This document shows, piece after piece, positions 39,077 to 46,660 of a stretch of 64,000 nt of DNA. The stretch covers positions 149,767-213,766 of the forward strand of contig CAVPRU010000014.1 in NCBI GenBank assembly GCA_963707875.1, in the 5' to 3' direction. The stretch is from an uncultured Gemmatimonadales bacterium (GTDB lineage: Bacteria > Gemmatimonadota > Gemmatimonadetes > Gemmatimonadales > GWC2-71-9). Positions within the stretch are counted from its first letter, which is position 1, and the number at the start of each line of letters is the position of its first letter. The notes beneath the pieces were generated by a model. That model was not told where the DNA came from and made no database searches. It saw only the letters and a list, made by a program, of their open reading frames with translations. Made by a program: the position numbers and the translations under genes.

Positions 39077-39446
39077 CGGTTCGGCAGGGGGCGTGGTCGG
39101 ACAAAGGCGTAATCGACCCGGTAGACCCCGGCCGGTTGACAGGACTTGGACAGCACGGCGCGCATCGTCGTGTCCTCAAGGGCCGTCGGCGCTTCCCGGG
39201 TATAGAGCAGCGGAACCGTCAGTCGGCTGGTGTCGGTCCGGATTTCCAACGCCCGCTCGAGGCAGGCGACCCCATCGGGGCCGATGGCTTCGCGAACATC
39301 CGTGAACCAGACGGTGATCCCCCGGGGGCCGACCAGCACCAGCGAATCTGCCGGCCTCACCGTCGCAGCCGGCTGGACGTCTGCATGGCGGGATCCGCAG
39401 CGGTACAGCCCGGAGTAGCGAGCCAGGCCCCGAGGAGCAGCGCCAT
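39073..39446 (-). pseudogene. small putative lipoprotein gene with interrupted frame
   Basis: ATG 39446 with GGAGG 6 nt upstream encodes MALLLGAWLATPGCTAADPAMQTSSRLRR and then TGA at 39359..39357. The globular body (RPADSLVLVGPRGITVWFTDVREAIGPDGVACLE...) continues in the -1 frame as ORF 39073..39360. Confidence 0.45.
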
Positions 39447-39460
39447 CCTGCCCCTCCCGA

Positions 39461-39784
39461 TCATGAGGAGTCTTCGGCCTTCTCGGCCAGGACCTCTCCC
39501 GCCATGTCGACCAGTTCGACGGCTACCACGGGCACCCCCTCCTCGGTGACCCCCAGTTGCTCTCGAAGTTCCGGGGAGCGCTGGAGCAACCGGATCCAGG
39601 CCACGGTAGCGGCGATTGCACACACCGCTCCCCCGATCAGCGTGGCCCAGAGTCCGCCAGTGGACCCCGCCAGCCCACCTGCCACCTCGGCGCCCAGCCA
39701 GGCCCCCAGAAACGAAGCAGCCCACGCGACCAGAGGCGTGAGCAGCCAACCAACGAGACGGGACAGAAGACGAGGGATTGCCAC
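39461..39784 (-). CDS. hypothetical small membrane protein
   Basis: 107 aa with two or three TM helices (LVGWLLTPLVAWAASFLGAWLG; LWATLIGGAVCAIAATVAWI) and an acidic tail. Confidence 0.55.
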   Translation of the reverse strand: MAIPRLLSRLVGWLLTPLVAWAASFLGAWLGAEVAGGLAGSTGGLWATLIGGAVCAIAATVAWIRLLQRSPELREQLGVTEEGVPVVAVELVDMAGEVLAEKAEDSS

Positions 39785-39788
39785 GGCG

Positions 39789-40418
39789 CTACTGTCGGGA
39801 TTCCCCCAAGCCGGTGATCATGACTGTCAGGGCGAGCGCCGGGAGGAAGGCCACCGAAATGGTACCGAGCCCGAACGAGGCCCCGGGAAGACTGAGCATT
39901 GCGGCCAGGCCACCGAGGATCACCGCCAGCACCACCGCGATCCCCAGCACGGCGACCGGATTCGGGCCCGGTCCCTTGGCGGTCTGATTGGCCAGCGCGT
40001 AGCTGCCCATCCACGGGAGGAAGGTGCCCACCATCCACCAGACGGGGTGATACCACCAGTTGCTGCCCCCGCCGATCTCCAGCCACCGATTGGTGTACGT
40101 CCCCAGGGGCTGCAGTACCGAGACGTCGATCAGGAGGAAGACGACTGCGGCCGCGAGACCGATCCCGGCGGATCCCGCGATCCCCTCGATGGTCCGGACC
40201 CGGGTCCACAGCCCCGGCAGCACGGTCACTGCGCCCACACCAACCAGCACGATCAGGCTCTGGGCGGCAAGTTCCACCCCGCCGGAGAGATAGCGTGAGA
40301 CGATCGAGAAGAGGAACACCAGCACCGCCTCCAGCACGCCCAATTGCACTGCATGGCGGAGGACGCGAAGCAGGTTGGTCCGGTCGTAGGACTGCTGGGT
40401 CTGGGCAACAGCGGCCAT
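39789..40418 (-). CDS. hypothetical polytopic membrane protein
   Basis: 209 aa with about 6 TM segments and a Trp-rich loop (NRWLEIGGGSNWWYHPVWWMVG). I recognise no family. Confidence 0.6.
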   Translation of the reverse strand: MAAVAQTQQSYDRTNLLRVLRHAVQLGVLEAVLVFLFSIVSRYLSGGVELAAQSLIVLVGVGAVTVLPGLWTRVRTIEGIAGSAGIGLAAAVVFLLIDVSVLQPLGTYTNRWLEIGGGSNWWYHPVWWMVGTFLPWMGSYALANQTAKGPGPNPVAVLGIAVVLAVILGGLAAMLSLPGASFGLGTISVAFLPALALTVMITGLGESRQ

Positions 40419-40460
40419 GAAATCGGCTCCGTGATATGGATCGGATTGAGCGACAGAAAC

Positions 40461-41399
40461 CTAGGCGAAGCCGGCGAGAATGGCCAGATCAACCGCTGCC
40501 CAGGCGGCCAGGGCGAGATACATCCTTCGCTGGTGCGCTGGAGCCGAGAGCCGGGTACCCTCCATTCGCCACCACCACAGCCCTCCCAGCCAGACCGCCG
40601 CGGCGACGACGAGACCGCCCCACCGGAGTGGAACGGCCAGATCCAGCCATCCCGCGCGGATGCCACCGAGTCCGAACAACGCGAAGGCCACGAGGCCGGA
40701 CCCGAGCGCCAGGTCGAGGCTGCGTTCCACGCCCAGCACCGTGGCCAGGGTGCGGTCTCCACGGGCCCGGTCGGCCTCGATCTGGTAGAGCTGGGTCAGC
40801 GGATAGAAGCTCGCGAACAGGGCACCGAATCCGACCAGGATGGCCACACCAGCCGGGGTGACCGGCCGCCCGGTCGCCGCCCACCCGGCGTACGGAGTGA
40901 GTGCCCCGAAACCCCACAGGTTGATGAACCAGTCGGCGCCGGCCACTCCCTTGAGCCGGACCGGCGGCACCGAATACAGCACCGAGAGAACCAGGCAAAG
41001 CGCGTAGGCCGCGAGGTAGCCCCTCGGCAACAGCATTGCGCCGGCAAGCCCCACCGCCATCAGGCTCAGGCCAAACACAAAGAGATATCGAGGCGGTGGG
41101 GGGGGAGCCCGGAGGTAGGCCACGTCCTCGGTATCCCGGTCGAAGGCCGAATTGATCGCGAGGGTGCCGCCATTGAGACAGATCACCCAGAGGGTGAGGC
41201 CAAGCAGCAGCGGAGAGAGGTCTGTCTGGGCGACCTCCGACCAACCCACCGCCAGGATCATCCCCAACCCGGTGTGAGCGGCCATGATTGGCCACTCGGC
41301 GGGTCGGAGGTGCAGGAGATAATCGAAGGAACCGCCCAACACCCGGTACCCGAGCACTCGCCTCGACGAGCGGGCGGATTCAGGCGAGGACGACGGCAT
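40461..41399 (-). CDS. UbiA-family prenyltransferase
   Basis: From MPSSSPESARSSRRVLGYRVLGGSFDYLLHLRPAEWPIMAAH...; polytopic, with the Asp-rich motif LAINSAFDRDTED and a second motif YQIEADRARGDRT. Confidence 0.8.
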   Translation of the reverse strand: MPSSSPESARSSRRVLGYRVLGGSFDYLLHLRPAEWPIMAAHTGLGMILAVGWSEVAQTDLSPLLLGLTLWVICLNGGTLAINSAFDRDTEDVAYLRAPPPPPRYLFVFGLSLMAVGLAGAMLLPRGYLAAYALCLVLSVLYSVPPVRLKGVAGADWFINLWGFGALTPYAGWAATGRPVTPAGVAILVGFGALFASFYPLTQLYQIEADRARGDRTLATVLGVERSLDLALGSGLVAFALFGLGGIRAGWLDLAVPLRWGGLVVAAAVWLGGLWWWRMEGTRLSAPAHQRRMYLALAAWAAVDLAILAGFA

Positions 41400-42081
41400 C
41401 ACCGGCGGTGATTTCCCTGGTGAGCCCGGTCTCGGTCCGGATCCGGAGCGAGCCCGCCGGGGTAATCCCGGCCGCCCAGCCCGCGATGGGGGCCGTGACC
41501 GCGCGGCCGGCCAGCATATCGCGGCGCGCAAACTCGGCCATCTCCTCCTCGGTCAGCACGCTGGCCCACCGACCCGCCGAGGCCACACCCACCCGGACGA
41601 CCTCGGCCAGTCGATCGAGCGGGATCGGGGTGGCCCGATCCGCCAGGCGGGTGGCGGTGTGGGACAGCTGATCGGGTATTGGATTGCTGACGTTGATCCC
41701 GACGCCAACCACCACCCAGCCCAGGCGGGGGCCATCCCATCGGGATTCACAGAGGATGCCGGCAAGCTTGCGGCCCTCGACCAGGACATCGTTGGGCCAT
41801 TTGACCGTCAGCGGTCCCAGCCCCGGCATCATCCTCTCAAGCCCCTGGGCCACGGCCAGTCCACTGCGGAGGCTCAGGCACTCGAGACCCTCTACTCCGT
41901 CCGGGCGACAGATCACGCTCATCCACACCCCGCCTTCCGGGCTGCTCCAGGCGCGCCCCCGGCGGCCTCGGCCGGACCGCTGGGCCCGCGCGGCAATCGC
42001 GGTACCGTGGGGGGCGCCCTGCCGGGCCCGACGGTGAGCTTCGTCCATGGTGGACGGCAGCTGATCATGCCACTCGATCAC
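41380..42081 (-). CDS. birA: biotin--[acetyl-CoA-carboxylase] ligase
   Basis: VIEWHDQLPSTMDEA...[18 protein letters not shown]...VKWPNDVLVEGRKLAGIL. GTG 42081 overlaps the uppP stop (GTGA). There is no N-terminal HTH domain. Confidence 0.85.
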   Translation of the reverse strand: MIEWHDQLPSTMDEAHRRARQGAPHGTAIAARAQRSGRGRRGRAWSSPEGGVWMSVICRPDGVEGLECLSLRSGLAVAQGLERMMPGLGPLTVKWPNDVLVEGRKLAGILCESRWDGPRLGWVVVGVGINVSNPIPDQLSHTATRLADRATPIPLDRLAEVVRVGVASAGRWASVLTEEEMAEFARRDMLAGRAVTAPIAGWAAGITPAGSLRIRTETGLTREITAGDAVVLA

Positions 42082-42872
42082 CCGCGGCCGAACCCGATCC
42101 AGACGAAGCTGACCACCGCAAGGACCGCACAGTACCAGGCAAAGTGATGAACCCGGCCGGCTCTGAGCAGGCGGACCAGGAACCGGATGGCCCAGATCCC
42201 CGACACCAGTGCGGTGACGAACGCCGTCACCAGCCCCGCGCTCCACAGGTCGAAGCCCGGAGGGACCTCCGTGAGCATCAACAGTCCGGAGCCGCCCACG
42301 GCGAGGATCGACATCAGAAACGAGAACTCGGCGGCAGCGGCCGGTCCGATTCCGGACCAGAGCCCGGCGACGATCGTCGTTCCGGCGCGCGACACGGCAG
42401 GCAGGATGGCCACCGCCTGGGCGGCCCCCATCAGCAGGGCGGCTCCCGGGGTGATCCGCTCGGGGCTGGGACCGGGTTTGGCCCACCGGGTGGAGAAGAG
42501 CGCCAGGGCGGTCAAGAGGAACCCGGCGGCCAGGGTGACCCCGGAATCGAAGGCCCGCTCGAGAATCGATCGAAATCCGATCCCGACCGCGGCGGCGGGC
42601 AGCGAGGCCAGCAGCAGCAGCCCGAGGTAACGCCAGGATTCCCCCTCACGGCGCAGGGCACCCCGAAGCAGCGCCAGCAACCGTTCACGATAGGCGATTA
42701 CCACGGACAGGAGGGTGGCGACGTGAAGCACCACCTCGAACAGGACGCCGGCGGGCTCGAAGCCCAGCAGCTCCTGCCCCAGCACCAGGTGGCCGGAGGA
42801 GGAGATCGGGAGGAACTCCGTCAGCCCCTGGATCAGGCCGAGGAGGAAGCCATCCCCGAGAGAGGGATTCAC
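42078..42872 (-). CDS. uppP: undecaprenyl-diphosphate phosphatase
   Basis: FLLGLIQGLTEFLPISSSGHLVL...SRAGTTI...; 264 aa, polytopic. Confidence 0.95.
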   Translation of the reverse strand: MNPSLGDGFLLGLIQGLTEFLPISSSGHLVLGQELLGFEPAGVLFEVVLHVATLLSVVIAYRERLLALLRGALRREGESWRYLGLLLLASLPAAAVGIGFRSILERAFDSGVTLAAGFLLTALALFSTRWAKPGPSPERITPGAALLMGAAQAVAILPAVSRAGTTIVAGLWSGIGPAAAAEFSFLMSILAVGGSGLLMLTEVPPGFDLWSAGLVTAFVTALVSGIWAIRFLVRLLRAGRVHHFAWYCAVLAVVSFVWIGFGRG

Positions 42873-43990
42873 CCGAGCGCCCGCCGGTAGACTTCCTCAT
42901 ACATCGGCACCACCGTCGCGGCGGCGAAGTCCTGGGCGCGGAGCGCGGCGGCCGCCGCCATCCGCTCGTACCGGACCGGATCCCGAAGCAGATCGATCGC
43001 GCGCCGGGCCATCGCCTCGACCGAGCCCGGCGGTTCCAGGATTCCGTCCACCCCATCGGTGATCACTTCCGGGAGCCCGCCAACCCTGCTGGCCACTACC
43101 GGTGCCCCGCAGGCCATGGCCTCCAGCGCGGCCAGCCCGAACGACTCGGTCTGGGACGGCAGCAGGAAGAGATCGGTGGCCTGCAGGAGATCGGCCACGG
43201 TGTCGAGCCGACCCACAAACCGGACGTCCTCCTCCACGCCAAGTTCCCGAGCTTCTCGCTCGGCGTCCCCGCGCTCCGGACCGTCCCCGATCATCAGCAG
43301 GGTGGCCGGGACCGCCTTCCGGATCCGGGAGAAGATCCGGACGACGTCCCGGACCCGCTTCACCTCACGAAAGTTGGAAGCGTGGGTGATGAGGCGGTGC
43401 CCGGCCGGCGCCAGGCCTTCGCGCTTGTGGGAGGCCCCGGGCTGGTACTCGCCCTGGCAGACGAAGTTGGGAATGACGTGGATCGGCTTCTGAATTCCGA
43501 ATGCCCGAATCGTCTCGTCCTTGAGATACTGCGAGACGGTGGTCACCACGTCCGACTGCTCGATCGAGAACCGGGTGATGCCGTAGAAGCTGATCTCCTG
43601 ACCCACCAGGGTGATGTCGGTGCCGTGGAGGGTGGTGACCACCTTGAGCTGTCGGGTGTCCTTCAGCATCTCGCGGGCGAGATAGGCCGTGGTGGCGTGG
43701 GGAATCGCGTAGTGGACGTGGAGGATGTCGAGTCCCTGCTCCTTGGCGACCTCGTGCTGCTTGGACGCCAGCGCCAGGGTGTAGGGATAGTGATCGAACA
43801 GCGGGTAGTGACCGAAGCTGGTCTCCACCTCGTGGAAGTACACCCGTTCCGCATACCCGCGGAGCCGGAACGGATAGGCGTAGGTGATGAAGTGCACCTC
43901 GTGCCCCCGGCCGGCCAGGGCCAGGCCGAGTTCGGTGGCCACGGCGCCCGAGCCCCCGTAGGTCGGATAGCAGGTGATTCCGATCTTCAT
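42869..43990 (-). CDS. bshA: GT4 glycosyltransferase, BshA-like (N-acetyl-alpha-D-glucosaminyl L-malate synthase)
   Basis: MKIGITCYPTYGGSGAVATELGLALAGRGHEVHFITYAYPFRL...HVHYAIPHA...TTLHGTDITLVG...LLPSQTESFGLAALEAMACGAPVV. Confidence 0.75.
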   Translation of the reverse strand: MKIGITCYPTYGGSGAVATELGLALAGRGHEVHFITYAYPFRLRGYAERVYFHEVETSFGHYPLFDHYPYTLALASKQHEVAKEQGLDILHVHYAIPHATTAYLAREMLKDTRQLKVVTTLHGTDITLVGQEISFYGITRFSIEQSDVVTTVSQYLKDETIRAFGIQKPIHVIPNFVCQGEYQPGASHKREGLAPAGHRLITHASNFREVKRVRDVVRIFSRIRKAVPATLLMIGDGPERGDAEREARELGVEEDVRFVGRLDTVADLLQATDLFLLPSQTESFGLAALEAMACGAPVVASRVGGLPEVITDGVDGILEPPGSVEAMARRAIDLLRDPVRYERMAAAAALRAQDFAAATVVPMYEEVYRRALG

Positions 43991-44955
43991 GACGTCAGGG
44001 CACTCCCAGAGACAGGGCGACGACCAGGTCCGATGGCCTCCGCGGTTCGCCAGGCGGTGAGGATGGCCTGGGCAAGTTCATCGGGGGGCCGGGTCGCATC
44101 GAGGAGCAGCACCGGGCCGGTGAGCTGGTGGCGGAACCAGGTCTCCTGCCGCTTCGCGTATCGTCTGGTGCTGATGGTAATCGCCTCAGCCACCGTATCC
44201 CGATCCCGCCGTCCATGAAGGTATTCCACCGCCTCCCGAATCCCGACTCCATCCAATCCGGGCGCCCCGGCCGGGTGTCCCTCGGTCAGCACCGAGGCCA
44301 CCTCTTCGACCAGGCCCCGGCGGATCATCTCCTCGGCCCGGACCCGGATCCGTCGATGCAGGACGGGACGCGGCACCCTCAGCAACACATACCATGGCTC
44401 GATGGTTCCCGCGGTCCGGGCGGCCCGCTGCCAGTAGCTCAGAGGCGCTCCCGTGAGGAACGCGACCTCGATCGCCCGGGTGGCGCGCTGGCGACCTCCA
44501 CCCGTGAACCCGGGGTCGAGCCGGGCCGCCCAGCGGACCAGATCGCCCGGCGGCAGACTGGCGAGCCACCCGTCAAGCCGCTTTCGCCGGGTGGGATTCA
44601 GGGGCGGTTCCCGGAACAGGCCGTCCGCCAGCGCCCGGATGTAGAGACCGGTCCCCCCGACGATGACCGGCTGGACGCCACGGCCCCGGATCTCCTCGAC
44701 CCATCCGGTGGCGTCGGCCGCAAATCGCCCCGCACCGTACCGGTGGCCCGGATCGATCAGGTTGAGGCCATGATGAGGAACCCGACGCTGCTCCCGGCGG
44801 GTGGGCGTGGCGGTCCCGATGTCGAGCCGGCGATACACTTGGCGCGAATCGGCCGAGACCACCTCCATCGGCAGATGGTCCGCCAGGGCCAGCGCCACGG
44901 CGGTCTTTCCGACGGCGGTGGGCCCAACGATGATCAGGGTCCTATCGCCGGCCAA
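43987..44955 (-). CDS. miaA: tRNA dimethylallyltransferase
   Basis: TTG start, then AGDRTLIIVGPTAVGKTAVALALA...VVSADSRQVYRRLDIGTATP...PVIVGGTGLYIRAL. 14-nt overlap with mutL. Confidence 0.9.
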   Translation of the reverse strand: MAGDRTLIIVGPTAVGKTAVALALADHLPMEVVSADSRQVYRRLDIGTATPTRREQRRVPHHGLNLIDPGHRYGAGRFAADATGWVEEIRGRGVQPVIVGGTGLYIRALADGLFREPPLNPTRRKRLDGWLASLPPGDLVRWAARLDPGFTGGGRQRATRAIEVAFLTGAPLSYWQRAARTAGTIEPWYVLLRVPRPVLHRRIRVRAEEMIRRGLVEEVASVLTEGHPAGAPGLDGVGIREAVEYLHGRRDRDTVAEAITISTRRYAKRQETWFRHQLTGPVLLLDATRPPDELAQAILTAWRTAEAIGPGRRPVSGSALTS

Positions 44956-46660
44956 ACCGTCGCTCCAGTTCTTCCCGGGGGAGCTGGACGATCGTGGCCC
45001 GGCCATGCACGTCGTGCGGAGGAAGCGCCGTCTGGAAAAGCCGCTCCAGCAGCCTCCGCATCTCCTCTTCGTGGAGCGAGGTGCCGCCCTTGACCGCCGC
45101 CCGGCAGGCGTAGGTCGCGGCAAACCGTTCCAGGCGATTGGCCCATCCGGCAAACCGGCCGCCGGCCAGATCGGACACCATGTCCCGGAAGCAGGCGCCA
45201 GCATCGAACCGGGGATGCGGGGCCGGGACCGCGTGGAGGACCACGGTGCGGCCCCCGAACGGAGCCACCTCGAACCCGATCCGTTCCAGCACTTCCCGAT
45301 GCGCTTCGACCACGTCCAGCTCTTCATCGGTCAGTTCGAAGGTCAGCGGCAGTAACAGGCGCTGGGACGAGGCCTCGACCCCGTTGAGCTGGGCCATGAT
45401 CATCTCGTACAGGATGCGCTCATGAGCCGCGTGCTGATCCACCATGACGAGGCCCTCGGGGGCCTCGAAGACGAGGTAGGTGTCGAACAGTTGCCAGACG
45501 GGGGCGGCAAACGGCGCCGGGGCGGATTCCACCAGGGGTTCGACCGGACCGAAGTGGCCGAAGAGATCAGCCGCCAGCTGAGGCGGCTCGCCGGGCCGAT
45601 CCTCCACTCCGATGGTGCCGCCGGTCGGCATCGGGCGCCACGACCCGAGCGGCGCGGCAGCAATCAACTCGCCGAGCGTGGCCCGGACCGCCTCTTCGAG
45701 GGTTCGCTCCAGTCCGATCCGATCCCGGAACCGGACTTCCAGTTTGGCGGGGTGCACGTTGACGTCCACTTCGGAAGGAGCCACCTGGATGTCGAGAAAG
45801 GCGCAGGGTCGGTCGCCCGGGTGGATCGCCGATCGGTAACCTGCCTCGATCGCCCGAACCAGAAACCCGTCCCGGAACGGGCGGCCGTTGACGAGCAACT
45901 GGACCCGTCGCCCGGTCGGCCGGGCATCGCCGGGACGCTGGACAAACCCCTCGATGGCAAAGGCCCCGGCCGCGTGCGCCACGGGAAGCATGGTGCCCGT
46001 CAGGTCGCGTCCCCAGACCGCGGCCAGCCGTTCCGCGCGGCTCTGGCCCGGGGGGACGTCGAGCCGCAGTTGCTGATCCGCCAGAAACTCGAACCCGACT
46101 TCGGGATGGGCGAGCGCCAGGGTTCCGATGATGTCCCACACGGCGCGGGTTTCACTCCCGACGGAGCGGAGGAATTTCCGGCGGGCAGGCGTGTTGAAGA
46201 AGAGCCCTCGAATCGTGATCGTGGTCCCCCGCTGCCGCACCCCATCGGTTACCTGTTCGACCCGACCGCCGACCACCGCCACCGAGGTCCCGACGTCGCC
46301 ATCCGACGTGACCATCAGGAAGCGGGACACCGATGCCATCGCCGGGAGCGCCTCACCGCGAAAACCGAACGTGGGCACCCCGATCAGGTCAGCCGCCACG
46401 GCGATCTTGCTGGTGGCGTGGCGCTCGAGGGCCAGCACCGCGTCCTCCCGCCCCATCCCGCTGCCGTCGTCGCTCACTTCGATCAGGGTCTTCCCGCCCT
46501 GTTCGATCGCCACCCGGACCCGGCTCGCGCCGGCGTCGATGGCATTCTCCACCAGCTCCTTGACCGCCGAGCCTGGGCGCTCCACCACCTCCCCGGCGGC
46601 GATCTGATCAGCAACCGCATCGGCCAGGAGCCGGATGCGAGGACCTGCGGAAGCAGTCAT
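44942..46660 (-). CDS. mutL: DNA mismatch repair protein MutL
   Basis: From MTASAGPRIRLLADAVADQIAAGEVVERPGSAVKELVENAIDAGA...FGFRGEALPAMASVS. ATGA overlap with the upstream gene. Confidence 0.95.
   Translation of the reverse strand: MTASAGPRIRLLADAVADQIAAGEVVERPGSAVKELVENAIDAGASRVRVAIEQGGKTLIEVSDDGSGMGREDAVLALERHATSKIAVAADLIGVPTFGFRGEALPAMASVSRFLMVTSDGDVGTSVAVVGGRVEQVTDGVRQRGTTITIRGLFFNTPARRKFLRSVGSETRAVWDIIGTLALAHPEVGFEFLADQQLRLDVPPGQSRAERLAAVWGRDLTGTMLPVAHAAGAFAIEGFVQRPGDARPTGRRVQLLVNGRPFRDGFLVRAIEAGYRSAIHPGDRPCAFLDIQVAPSEVDVNVHPAKLEVRFRDRIGLERTLEEAVRATLGELIAAAPLGSWRPMPTGGTIGVEDRPGEPPQLAADLFGHFGPVEPLVESAPAPFAAPVWQLFDTYLVFEAPEGLVMVDQHAAHERILYEMIMAQLNGVEASSQRLLLPLTFELTDEELDVVEAHREVLERIGFEVAPFGGRTVVLHAVPAPHPRFDAGACFRDMVSDLAGGRFAGWANRLERFAATYACRAAVKGGTSLHEEEMRRLLERLFQTALPPHDVHGRATIVQLPREELERRFGRR

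Noticed and set aside
39357-39359. TGA in the split lipoprotein gene as a possible selenocysteine codon, given the nearby-in-genome tRNA-Sec candidate
   Set aside because: In-frame read-through gives GRQIRWCWSAPGGSPSGSRMFAKPSAPMGSPASSGRWKSGPTPAD, which is not protein-like. The -1 frame gives ordinary globular sequence, so a frameshift explains it better.
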